Below are positions 1-12,115 of a DNA stretch of 64,000 bases, piece by piece. This stretch comes from Camelus dromedarius. Lineage: Eukaryota. The position numbers and the translations under genes were made by a program. How positions within the stretch are numbered: position 1 is the first letter of the stretch; the number at the start of each line of letters is the position of its first letter. Below the pieces are notes generated by a model, which was not told the origin of the DNA, ran no database searches, and worked only from the letters and a program-made list of their open reading frames with translations. Location: NCBI RefSeq assembly GCF_036321535.1, contig NC_087437.1, positions 46,750,001 through 46,814,000 on the forward strand, given 5' to 3'.

Positions 1-809
1 CTTATGGATACAAAATCTGTGTATGAGACATGTTTTTTCTAGAAGCCTTATAGGCTAGACTTATGGAGAAGAAATCATGCAAAGTTTGACCACAAATGAA
101 ACGTGGAATCGGTCCCAAGACCTTCTAGTCGTCCAGTGTGAAAATGCTCTAAATGCCTCTCATTCTGGGCCCTCAGTGAATACTAAGCAGGGGCAGCAAT
201 TTCCTTTTCTGTCTAGTCAGGGTGTCGTTACTTCTGTAAAGCCTCTGAGCTGGTAAACACAGAGGAAAACACAATCCATCACAATCTGAACTAGGGCTTT
301 TCTCACACTTCCCCTTTTTCATATGACTTTAGTCGCTGTGTAACCTACTGGAGATCTAAGAATATTTGTTCTCAGTTACCACTTATTAAACCTTAACCTT
401 TCCTCTCCCAAATGCCAAGAAGTTCTAGCAGGTCTAATTAGCATAATTTATTTTGCCCTTTTCCATAAGCTGTTTGATGATGTTGAATTGCTGCTAGAGG
501 AAGCTAACAACAACAACAAAAAAATCCACCAGCTTTTGAACACATCTCAGTCCCTTAGGGAAAAATGACATTTTATGTCACTGCTTGTCATGGTGTTTTC
601 AATAGTTGTTTTCCCATTTTGAAAGTCCTTGGGGAAAGTTTACTTGTACCTTTCACATGTCTTTCTTTTATTAAAATACAAAATAAATACAAGTTCTTAA
701 TGTCCAAATACTTATTACTCTTGGCAGCCAGCCTCCTTTCATGCTACTGAACAGCCATCTTTGTCACTGCAGCCCATGACATAAGCCCTATGCGAACACA
801 CTCACCAGG

Positions 810-1612
810 CTTCCAGGTAGCCACACTCATTTTCCTCCTACCTCTTTGGCGTTTCCTTTTCAGCCCCCTTCACTGGCTCCTCCTTCTCTCTCTGTCCTCT
901 AAGTGTGAGAAAGGTTTAGTGTTCAGTTCTCTATCTTCTCTTCTCTAGGGACTTCCACTCCTTGGGCGAGCTCTTCATTCGCATGGCATTTCATATCTAA
1001 ACACTGGTGATTCTTAAGTGTTTACCTCGCTTGGAGCTCTGGGCTCCAGATTATGACACCTAATGCCTTTCTCAATATCTCAACTAAGATATCTGTAAGG
1101 TTTTACAAGTTTATCACAACAAAAAGAGAACCCTTGATATTTTCTCCAAAAGTCCTCTTTCTCTAGACATCTCGTTTTAATGAAACACACCACCATTCCA
1201 TCAGTTGGGTCAAGCCAAATCATATAGGCTTGATTTCTCTATTTCCTTTGTTTTCCATACACAAGACAAATCTTGCCATCTCTGCTTCCAAATTATACCC
1301 TGAAGTTGTCTCCTCCTGTCCTCACTGATATGACCCTCACCCAGGCTCCATCATCTCTTCCCATAGACTACTGAATTAGCCCAAAAGCTGGTTTCTAGCT
1401 CCCAATCTTTCCCCTCTACAGTCGACAGTAATACAGAAATATTATTTACTTTTTTAAGTTAGCCATCGCCTGCTTCCTCCACTAGAGTGTGAGCTTAGTG
1501 AGGACAGTGACTTTGCCTGTCTTGTCCAGACAAGCGTCCTGTGTCTCCAACACCAGGAGTAGTGCTTGATGTATAATAGTCACTTAATACTATTTTTGAA
1601 TAAATGGATAAC
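810..1612 (+). mobile_element. L2 LINE, decayed 3' portion
   Basis: Pyrimidine-rich L2-type motifs (ccatcatctctt...gactactg) and an L2-type 3' end (actagagtgtgagctt...tatttttgaataaatggataa). Family recalled from consensus; boundaries approximate. Confidence 0.7.
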
Positions 1613-2944
1613 TGGTCAGGAGACCTGGGCCAATAGGATCACTTAATCCATGTGACTTGTTTTGTTGGCCTTGAGTAATTATGGTTTTTTGTTTGTTTTT
1701 TTCTCAATGGTTTACTAACTTTAAAAAAGGACGTCTATGCTCTAATAGAGAAACCCTTGTTAAAAGTCTGGGTAGATGTGATTTAAAAAGAAAAAACTAT
1801 TGATGAAAAAATGGATTTATATTGACACTGATTCACCTGAAAGGTGTTTTAATTTTTAATTTTTTGTCCAAATCTTCAAGGGATTATGGCGATGAGCCTT
1901 AAACTTTAATGTTTATAGTAATCATCTGGAGGAGCTAGCTGATAAATCTGGTATTTTGGTTCTAAATCCTGATTTGTTAAAAAAGCCCCAAGTGACCTTG
2001 ATATAGCTGCTCCTTGAACTGCTTCCAGAAATAAATACTGGGCTTCAAGTTTTATAATTTCCTTCATAACTTTGAGAAAAATAGACACATACCTTTCTGA
2101 CTTAACCTTTAACAGAAAACCAGGTTCTGTCACTTAGGTGCCGGATGCTGGGTTCCCAGAGACCACAGCTGAGTCATGTGAGATACCCATCAACCATGAG
2201 GAAGCCTTGGGGATGAGTAAATTGAAAGCGAAAACTTCTTGACATTCTATTGTCAAGATCAAGTGGAAAGCACAGGCAAGAAAGCAGAGATCTAGCCAAA
2301 GAAGCCGGAAGACCAGGAAGGCAATTAGAGGGTGTAATAGAAGCTTAGGAGAGGAGCAGAGATTTTACTAAATGGAACTGGAGTTCTTCAGAAACTGCCG
2401 GGGCAGCCTCACTTAGGCGAACAGGTCAAGTACAGGGGCAGATCAAACCTGCCCAGGTGGTATCAGTGGGACCTTTAGAGTTTTGCACCTCCCAGATAGT
2501 GCGTAAGAAACATGCTGCAACAGTGTATAGTAGAGACTCCTGTTATGGTCCAAGCCATCTCCCCAGCTTTAATTCCCAGGTCACACAGAGTGAGAACTCG
2601 ACTGAGTTTTAGCCAGTAAAACAAGGGCATGGGTATTTGCGGCATGCACACATATTGTGATGTGACAGGCAAACTGGGAGGTAGATGGGGCTAGAGGAAG
2701 GGTTTTTTGTTTTTTTGTTTTTTTCCAGCTTGACATATATTTTGCGGTTTCAGTTCTTGAACGTATGCTCTCTTACTGTTATTAATAGCACTTATCATCG
2801 TTTTCCAATTCCATAAATTTAGATGGAACAATTTAATTGCTTCTTATTTTGCTTTATGGTAAAAAAAAATTCCAATGATCTGTTTTTGGCCCTCTGAAGT
2901 ATAATATTAATTTTAGTCAAACAGTTATTGCTGACATTCATTGG

Positions 2945-3050
2945 AAGTTTACAGATTAGGAAACTGAGGCTCAGGGAACTTGAGTCATTTTCCCAAGGTC
3001 ACATAAGCATTAAGTATCAGAACTGGGTTTCAAAGTTAGGTCTGTCTGAT
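2945..3050 (-). mobile_element. MIR SINE fragment
   Basis: tttacagattaggaaactgaggctcagggaac...cccaaggtcacata is the reverse complement of the MIR core. Confidence 0.8.
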
Positions 3051-3806
3051 CAAAACCTGTGCCTGGGATGGAGTGCCTGGACTCAGTGCCCGCCGTCAGC
3101 CTTCCCTCCCCTGTGTGCTGACTGCCAGTGTGCCCCCCACCACAGGCTGGGGTGCCAGAGGCCCCACCTTCCAGAAGAAACCCATCTAGTCACCAACTGC
3201 TGAAAGCTAGGAGTGAGGAGGGCCTACACGTAGTCAGAGGTGCCAAGTCAGAGGTGCGTACTCCTCGGCCCTGGAGGTGAATATTCTGATCTAGTTGGCA
3301 ATATGGGATTTAGACTGAGGCCTCGCATCCAGCCCCTCAGGGTCTGGCCCACCTGTCTGCCCGGACACTTGACTGCTTCTTTCTTCCCTGTGGTTCCTAC
3401 TCTGAAAACTGAGCCCAGCCCAGAACTCCAGCTGTCGAACTTCGGTTCTCTGATGCTTTTGCCCAGTTGTTGGTGGTAATTTTCCTTGGTGACAGTTACT
3501 GGTTCCAGTATCATACCAAAGACTCCATAATGACTTTCCTTATCTAAACCTTGGGCATCTACTGGCTCCCAATAATTAGTCCTTCCAGAAACCCTGACAT
3601 CACCCTCCTCCTACTCTATTAAGGTGTGACACTCTCCTGTACTCTCTCAGGACACTCAGGCCTTTAACTCTTCTTTGTGAATAAGTGTTGGTCAGAGATG
3701 GGGGTCTTAGTTACTATTTACAGTTAACTTGCTCTAGCAAATACGTCAGTCTCACTGCTTTCAGTGACTCAGGTCAACAACGATAGGGACCTGGAACATG
3801 AAAGGA

Positions 3807-3916
3807 TTTTTTGGGGGGGGGTAATTAGGTTTATTTATTTGTTTATTAATTATGGAGGTATTGGGGATTGAACCCAGGACCTTGTGCATGCTGGGCTACT
3901 GGAGCTATACCCTCCC
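3807..3916 (-). mobile_element. tRNA-derived camelid-type SINE (Vic-1-like) with a small internal deletion
   Basis: Minus strand reads GGGAGGGTATAGCTC...GCATGCACAAGGTCCTGGGTTCAATCCCCAATACCTCC...AAATAAATAAACCTAATTACCCCCCCCC-A6. B-box GGTTCAATCC is present; homologous to the copy at 60159. Confidence 0.85.
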
Positions 3917-4187
3917 TTGAATTTTATAATCAAGTTAATGGGGAGTTCAGATTCCTGGATAAGATGCACTTCAAAGAATGTTTATGCTCTCTGGGTATCA
4001 CACTCAGGAAACTGAGTTAGGAAGAAACCCGCTTCCTTCCATCGCCTGGCTAGATAGACAGGGACACCGGAGGAAATGCTGATACGGATTACGTAGGCCT
4101 GGTACGGAGAAGTAAAACTCCTGAGTGGAATGTGAAGCAAGACTTTTCCATTTTTTCATCCCCTCCCCCCTCCTTATCCTTTAGCAG

Positions 4188-4379
4188 TTTATTGTAGTGA
4201 TTTGTTTAATTGCCAGCCTTGCGGGTGACAGTGGGACCCCTGGGAGGACTGGCAGGTCTCTTCTGCTCCCACTGTCCCCAGCGCTAGATATAAAGCCTGC
4301 ACTCCTCATTGCCAGCCACCGGAAGCAACGGGAGAGTGAACGTGTAAAGGAACAAAAGACCCGCACGTTAGCAAGTAAC
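4188..4379 (-). other. Candidate second exon (non-coding or terminal)
   Basis: Strong minus-strand acceptor CCTATCTTTTCTTCTCTACAG|G (AG at 4381-4380), several CpGs, minus-strand AATAAA at 4193-4188. Motif evidence only. Confidence 0.35.
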
Positions 4380-4670
4380 CTGTAGAGAAGAAAAGATAGG
4401 TCCTGCCTCACTTCCCAAATACTAGATGCGATACCCTGAAGTCTGGTTAGAACCATCTATGCAATTACGAGCCAAGGTGACAATGATAAGCAACAGAACT
4501 TTGCTCTTCATAAGCCCACCGCACTTTTCAAATGACAACTGTAACATTTCCTGCTAAAGTTCTTAAAGCCCAGAAATAGTTATATTTGAGGTTTATGCCA
4601 ACAGAATGGATGTATTTAAAACAATACAGGCTAAGAGCCATCTGAAGACTCCCCCTTTCCCCCTCCTTAC

Positions 4671-5040
4671 CCATCTCTACCCATGTAAGGGGAGACTAGA
4701 CACCAGGGTGCGGAATTCTGCGACGGAATCAGTCCTGGCATTACCTAGCTTTGGTACATTTGTACATAACTGTTCTAATGTAACGGCAAGAATTTTCCCT
4801 CTCCTGTTTATTTCTCTGAAGCTGGAATAAGCAATCCTGTGTGACATTGCCTGTGGAGCGGTTGCCAGGCAGCAGAAAGAGATCTGCAGCAGCAGGAGGC
4901 GGGAGAGCCGGGGGAAGAGGGGAGAGCGGGAGGGTGGGGGAAGCGGGCTGAGCGAGGGGGGCTGGGCGCGGAATCTGCTGAGCCAGAATTCCACCTCCTT
5001 GTCATCCTTCTTATTCCAGGCACATAATGAGCCAATAAGC
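4671..5040 (-). promoter_or_regulatory. Candidate promoter and first exon of an unidentified leftward-transcribed gene
   Basis: Local GC/CpG peak, GC/GT boxes (GGAGGCGGG, GGGTGGGG), X-box-like GTTGCCAGGCAGC 4861-4873, CCAAT 5032-5036. Minus-strand donors CTAG|GTAATG (exon end 4745) and ATGG|GTAAGG (exon end 4671). Lies in repeat-poor sequence. Confidence 0.55.
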
Positions 5041-8000
5041 TAGACCTTAGAGGGGGAAATAAAGATGGAAAAGAAACAGTTGACTGTTGTCATTAAATAG
5101 CGTGTCAGAAATGTTTCTTATTTTGTGAAGAAACGGTTTCGGATTGGTTTTTTTCCGCTGAACTTTGCTTCTTGGTAGATGCAGCTCTACAAGTATCATA
5201 AAAAGGGCTGGCTTCTCAGTGGGCCTGCTTTGCTCTAAAGCAACAAACAATTAGCACATAATATCTTGCAGCACCTTTCATAGGGAATACACACACTATA
5301 ACTTGAACGGTTTTGACCTCTCTCAGGGTGTGGAAAAGTAAAGCACACAGAAAGGTACTCAGCCCTTTATCGAATATGCAGTTTGGGGAGGCGTCCTTAT
5401 GCCTGAGAACCAGAAGGTCATTCAAGGTATCTCAGGAAGCTGGCCTTCTCATTGTGAGCCCTTCTGTAGTTTGTGAAATTGGGAGCCGCAGCTAAATCCC
5501 ATCTCTTGGCTTTACAAGAATCTTGCTCTAATGAGTTTAAAATGATCGGACTGGGATCTGAGCAGAAGGGGTGGGGGCAGATGGCATGCAGGTCCCTGCA
5601 CGCTGGCCTGGATGTCCCCCAGCACGATGCATCTTGCCTTTTGCCAGCCTTCCAAGCTGTCTAACAACTAGCTGGATACTCTCCAGTGGTAACAGACAAT
5701 GATTTTTATTTAGATGTTTGATTATTCTTGTTAATCAAATAGAACCAGAACAGAAGGTTTGTTCAAAACAAACAATGTATTTACAGAAGATAGCTTTGTT
5801 TGGTGGATGCACATTTTACGCCTCTGAAGTTGCTAGTCATTCTTCTCAAAGGATGCAAACCCACCATCTGGGAGGAAAAAAAATGGGACAAAACGTGTTA
5901 AAATGGCAAGATGATCAGAATGAATTTGGATTAATGAAATGGTGACCAAACTTCTTTTTCCCTTTAGCCATGGGGGCTGGGGGTGGGAGGGGGATGTAAA
6001 TGAGCTGAGCATCTCTGAAGATGGTGAGGGGTGGTAGCTGGGATCCCTCTCCCACCCACCACTGCATATTCAGGCTTCTCCTCCTGGTCAGGAGCCTGAC
6101 TTTTTAGTCCCAAAGGTCATGAATGAATCTATCAAGGGTAATCGGTGATTTTTTTTGAATGTTCTAGGAAGAAGATAATGTGTCGGAAGAAAACCACAGC
6201 AGGAGATAAGAAGGAAATACAGAGATGGGACTCATCAGAGAGATAAAATGACTGAGAACAAGCAAACCGAATCCACCGAGAACCAGGGCTGGATGCAGGG
6301 ACCGGCTCACTCTGCTGTCTCTCAGAAAGCCAACAGTTTTTCCTAAGGAACTGCAAAATATTTACAGACACTTGACAGTTCTCTAGGTGGCACAGTTGGA
6401 GGACGGGCACTCGAGCTTTCAGGAATGTCCTGTGATGGAGGTTTTATCTGCATTGCCCAGCAGGAGAAACTAATCAGGGAAGCTGCTGGTTCGCCTGACC
6501 ACACTGGTTAACGACGGTCTCCACTGAGCCTCCTTGGAAACAGGAGAGGAAATATCACACTATTTCATGTGAAATCGCACTTTTAATCAAAGCAAAAGGG
6601 GAAAATACTCTATAGTCTGTCTCATAGTTGTGCCACAATGGGAATTTCTACCAAAGTCTATGATCATTCTTCATTTTTCACTCTTTATAGATTTTATCTC
6701 TTAAAATTCAGGTTTTATTATATCAGTTATACATGAGTTGCAAAATGTTAATGGGACTTCTCCTAGTCTCATTTGAGATCCCAAAATTAACAACAGTGGA
6801 TGATAAAACCTCCACCTTCTAGAGAGAGGAGGTAGACCACATATGCAGGACCTGCTAATAGGTGGTCAAACCCAATATTGTGACTTTTACACCATCATCT
6901 ACCTCCAGCCCAGATACAAGAGACTGATCAGATAACAAGAGTCCATTTTTGTAATAGAGTTGACTGTCGAATGAGAATGTACTAGCATTGTTCCTTCATT
7001 TCCTCATTCTTCTCCATCTCAAACCAGGTAGGAGTGTCCCATGAGACTTATGTCACCGTGGGAATGGAACATGATGAGAGAATTCTTGGGGAGAACTGAC
7101 CTATGTTCCCTAGAGTTGGGGAAGCCCTGAGTTTGGAGAGCAGCAGCATTTGGCATCATATTTGTCCAGAGCAAAACAAAGGCATCATCCTGGACCATGA
7201 GGGAAGTAACACAGAGGATGGAGAAGATAAACTACTAACTTTCCATTACTAAGAGAACGGATCTGCCCCAATTAAAATTCAAAGTGAAATATAGTTGATG
7301 GGTTTAATTCAGTTGGAACAGATTAGACAGATTCCATTTCCTACATGCCAATAATGCTTAGGGAAGGACTAAGGAATGAAGAGGAGATCAAACACACAGC
7401 CTCCTAATAAACACACCTGTGCACAGCACGTATATGTACACATAATAGCCAGCACGTCTTTCCTCATGAGGTTTAGATTGTCAGAAGGGGGTTAACACAA
7501 TTTACAATGGGATCGTGTTTTTTTTATTTGCAGTGCAAATAGGAAAGGACTTTTCATCCAAAACCGTTCCAATGCCGAACAAGGACGTAATTTTCAAAGT
7601 AAGAAGGATAAACAGAATGGAATCTGCATCTCCCTTTGAAGAGTCCAGTCCTCACTGCCAAGAATAACAGAACAAATAGATTCCTGGGAGAGGATAAGCA
7701 CCTCTTCGATCCTGGGAGCTTTGTCATTTTTCAAAACTAGCACATTTTTCATAGTTTGCCACAGTGATCTTCAAGTGGATAAATGGATGTGGTCAGAAGG
7801 AAGTTAATTCCCACCTAGTCCCTTTTTAAGGATAACACATATCCTCAAAGAGAAGTGGCAAAAGACAATGGTAGATGGAGATAATAAAAGCACAGTCTGA
7901 AAATGAATGGATTCAGAAACCAATTAAAATAAAGCAAGGCTTTAAAAGATTTCTTAAATTATTCACGTGTCACAGTACTGGAAAAGCAATGGTTTCTCTC

Positions 8001-8296
8001 AGCCATTCCTTCTCAAATGTTTTGTTTTTGTTTCCAGAAATAACAGGTTTAATTAAATGTGCAAGATACACTCAAGTGAGCCAGACTAATGCACACGGGG
8101 GTTTCGAAGTCACTTAGAAGATTTTAGGAAGGATTTTGATTTGCCAGGCTCAGATACTAATGGAGAAAGCTGGTCTTGGGGGAGAGAGAATGAGCTCTGT
8201 GTATGGGTCTGCTACTGCTGTCAAAGCCAGTTATTACATTATTGGGAAAGAATGGTTTTGAAAGTAGCAAACATTAAGTAAACTGGAAGGGAAATT

Positions 8297-8470
8297 AGCT
8301 TTATTAAACTCCTTGTATGTGCCAGGGTACTCTAACATGCATTATGTCAATTAAATCTTAAAACAGCCCAGAGGAAATGGATATTATTGCCCTATTTTTA
8401 AGCTTCATAAGCCAAGGCTGTGAGAAAGCCAAGAATAGTAGGACATCCAAACCCAGGGTATCTGATGGCA
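8297..8470 (-). mobile_element. MIR SINE, decayed
   Basis: tttattaaactccttgtatgtgccaggg...attattgccctatttt...aaacccagg resembles reverse-complement MIR. Confidence 0.6.
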
Positions 8471-9033
8471 AATTATCAGAAGCGCCCTTTCCATTACATT
8501 GGCTTCTCCTCTGTGCTCAGAATGGTGCATGATCAGCAAATGCTGCCCCTGATCAGGACATCAAGGTTTCTGGTGATGTACTAAAAATATACTATCCTTT
8601 TAATCCAGAACAATAATATCCTTGAACAGCCCAGTTAAAACACATTATCTGTTAAGGATTATAAGGCAACATCAAGCATTCAACAGGATTCAACAGGAAC
8701 GGTCACAAAATGTTGACAGCATGATTTACTGAACTTGAATACAAATGCTAGTTTTCAGAACACATAATATGACCTTGAGAATTATTTTTGTGTAAGAGGG
8801 AAAAGAGAGAAAGAGACTGAGAGAGAGTTGCAAATCAATCAAGCCCACTGCCACTATCTCAAAATGTTGCTATTTAATCTGTGATTAGAAATTTGAAAGC
8901 AAACTAAATAAGAGTCTTAAGCGTTAAAAAGTATAAATGCTTTGTACATTTCACTACCAGTACTGTCTTTTTGTATGAACCACGAAGATAATGAATGCAG
9001 CTTAGCACATATTGTAGGTAGGTTGGACCAGCC

Positions 9034-9092
9034 TGTATTTTGCTAGCTGTATGTTGTATTTTGTTTGTATTTTGCTAGTTGTATTTTGCTAG
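9034..9092 (+). repeat. Short tandem repeat of TGTATTTTGCTAG
   Basis: Full copies at 9034-9046, 9066-9078 and 9080-9092, plus a partial copy at 9055-9063. Confidence 0.85.
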
Positions 9093-9124
9093 AATAGCAC
9101 ACTGGCAAATCACTTGGGTGTTCA

Positions 9125-9240
9125 GTACTGGACTTTTGAGTCAGGAGACTTGGTCTTCAATCCTGTCATCACCATTAATGTAAGATCTTTAAGTGAATTA
9201 GTCATTCTTGGCTCTAAGTTTCCCAGATGCTATATGAAAA
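9125..9240 (+). mobile_element. MIR SINE fragment
   Basis: actggacttttgagtcaggagacttggtcttcaatcctg...ctaagtttccc matches the MIR head and core. Confidence 0.6.
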
Positions 9241-10210
9241 TGCACTCTAACATGTATTATTAGCATTTATGAGAGTCTAGGAAGTGCATTGACAATACGT
9301 GTTGTTAAGTGAATTTATGAAATAAGGAGTTGGGTTAGATTTTTTTCCTAAGGACTCATAATGTTCTAACTTTTTATTAACTGAGGTTTATTGAACATGT
9401 TCAAGTATTAGATTCTTCTAGGAGACATTATTCAAAATTAAACACATGGGTAAGTGAGCTTTCCTCAGAGTTCTCTGCCAAGGACACACAGCATGTCAAA
9501 CTTTTTCAGCTAAACAAATGTGACTGGAAGCAGAATATGAAATGTGAAGAGAAAAGAGTATAGATTTGCAAATAAGCTAAAGCATCTACATAATAGAGCC
9601 AATTAATAACATGTTATGTAATAGAAAGAGTGCTGGCCCAGGGGTCAGCAGATAAATGGGATTTATTACCGGCTCTAGCAATAAATAGCTCCATGCCTTT
9701 GGCTGTCATTTATTCTCTCTGGTTCTTGGTTTCTTTAGTTGTAAAATTAACTGCAGCATTGTACTGTAGAAGTAAAATGAGGGATGGGACACAATGTCAA
9801 ACAGCCGAGAAAAAGCAGGCATTTGAGGAAAGTCCACAATGTAAAGAAAAAAAAAAAAGCACCATATTCAACCATACAGAAAGATCAACACCCATATAAT
9901 CACATTAATGTAGCAAAGAGAAGGAAAATTTCCTATAAATTTATGTTTATTCATAAAATAAAGATTAAATACTGTGAAAAAAAATCAGAGTTCTTTGAAA
10001 TTACTCAAAATATTCTTCTTAGTCTAAGTGTACTTATACAAAAAACAAGGATTCAGAATAACTACATTTAGCAAGAAACTGGATAAAAATAAAACAGGAT
10101 GAGATAGCAGATATAAATTTAAATATTCAACAACTATAAAAAGGTATAGGTCTGAATATATTGATATTGAAAGATGATTTTTAGAATAATACATCATCAG
10201 ATACAGATGT

Positions 10211-10253
<43 letters not shown>

Positions 10254-10262
10254 CATACATAT
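10211..10262 (+). repeat. (ATATAC)n microsatellite
   Basis: atatacatatacatatac... read directly; it produces the MYMYMY run in ORF 10024..10413. Confidence 0.95.
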
Positions 10263-10469
10263 TTGGAAATGTACTGATACAATTCTGCAAACTGGTCCCC
10301 ACTGGGAGAGTTATTAGGATTGGATATTTGAGTGAGGGAAGTGGTGCCAAAGGGATTTCTACATTTAATATAAAAATGCTATTTATTCTGTGAATTGTAC
10401 CCGGTGAGAACATATGCGTGTGTTACGTTGTATTATTAAAAAAATAATTTTAGACACACAAAGAAAGAA

Positions 10470-10690
10470 AAAGAACATGGGTTATGGGTGAGGTAGCACT
10501 GGGATTTATCCTAACCCTAGTCCTTATTAGCTCTGTATGTTTGAATAAGTTAATTAACTTTTCTCACTAAAGTTTTCTTATCTATAAAACAGAGATAAAA
10601 ATAGCTACCTTACAGTGTTGTTATAAGGATTAAAGATAATACATGTAAAGCACCTGGAACATATTCAAAATTGAATAAATTGTAATCATT
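10470..10690 (+). mobile_element. MIR SINE, near full length
   Basis: aagttaattaacttttctc...ttttcttatctataaaacagagataaaaatagctacctt...gttataaggattaaagataatacatgtaaagcacctgg. Confidence 0.8.
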
Positions 10691-11874
10691 ATATGAAGAC
10701 AGATGAGATAATCCTAGTTTTATTTTATGAATCAATGAAATGGATTCTTATTAAAATCCTTTATTGCCTAATACAAACTCTTCTTCTTCCCATCTCCCCA
10801 GTTAAAAAAGAAATCAGAACTGGAAAGAAGAGGACTAGAAGAGGAAAGACCGAGTAGATGTTCCATTCTTCCTGCAGCTACCAAGCCTCCTCTGGCAGCC
10901 CCGTCTATGTGCTGCGTGTCATAGAGGAAATGCACAAGTTTAAGGGGCTTTCCTCTTGAGAAACCAGTAGCCTCGAAGGGCAGCAGGCGGAAGAAGTACT
11001 GAAAACGTGTGTAGACCAGAGAGCCTAGGAAGCTGCTTAGAGGCAGATTTTGGCATCTTGTTATACAATTCTATTCCTCCCCCTCATGGCTTTTTCTTTC
11101 TCTTTCCCCCACCCCATTTTGGTGATGAACTCGGTGGGAAAGGAGAGAGGCTGTAATTTGAGGCAGCTGGTCATCCTACCAACAAGTCTCAGCTAAACCA
11201 TTAAGATCAAATCATACAAAATCCCGTTCAATCTCCGAGGCAGTCCCGGCAAGAAAAGCAAATACAGCACAACTGACAGCAAAGTGAAGAGCTGGGAGGT
11301 ACCCCACCTCCTGTAAATTATTGTAATGATGGCTCAGAAGAAAGATTGGAACTTTAGTGGAGGGAAGAAGTAAAAATGGTTGAAATGTCAAGGCCTGTTG
11401 TCAAGGGGACAGACAAATACCTCTTTTTGTTGTGAGTTTTTAAAAGCCAACAGATGAAAATGGCTCAGAAGCCCTTTACTTAAAGAAAGGAGAGGATCCA
11501 GGCGTATATAATGGTGAGTGCCCTTGCTACACTCTGCACCTCCCTGTTTAGGATTAGGGTCACAGACGCACTTTTTAGTCAAATTTCTTATTTGATGCCT
11601 ACTTACTCAGGGTCACCCCTAGTATCACTATTAAGTGAAGAAAAATGCATTTCTGGGCGGGGAGCAGGCTGTACAAGCAGAATATGGCCTGGCTTTCAGT
11701 CTCACTTGTCCCACTTGGTCTGCCATTTTTGTGAAGTGAACAACCTGTACCGCAGGGTACAACCACCCTACCCTCATGTACTCAAAATGCCAGTCAACCT
11801 GGAACACATGCTGTGTTTTCCCATCTTATTTTTGTTCATGCCATTTCCTTCTTCTGAACTCAAAACTGGCCATT

Positions 11875-12115
11875 TTCTTAAGGCCTACTAATGGATAGAA
11901 CTATGTTTAATGTTTTCAAATTAACTCTCCAAACAATCCTAACCTAATAGAGTTAGGTGCTATTATCATCACTTCTTCCAGATGAGAGAAAAAAACAAAA
12001 CAAAACAAAGAATTAAGGTTTGAGAATCACTAAAGTTACTTAAATTACTTACCCAAGGTCACACAACTAGTTAGTAATGGAGTCAAGATTTGAACCCAGG
12101 TTTATATGGCTCATA
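11875..12115 (-). mobile_element. MIR SINE
   Basis: taacttacccaaggtcacacaactagttagtaatggagtcaagatttgaacccagg-like reverse-complement MIR core and head. Confidence 0.8.

Noticed and set aside
4677..4994. 105-aa Pro/Leu-rich ORF resembling a signal peptide
   Set aside because: Non-ATG start and low complexity from the C-rich promoter strand. Only the internal ATG frame is kept, as a low-interest finding.
4671..5700. Assigning a gene symbol to the promoter-like region
   Set aside because: No coding exon or UTR that I recognise; any name would be a guess.
10024..10413. 129-aa ORF with a MYMYMY run
   Set aside because: The frame is held open by the (ATATAC)n microsatellite; no domain-like content.
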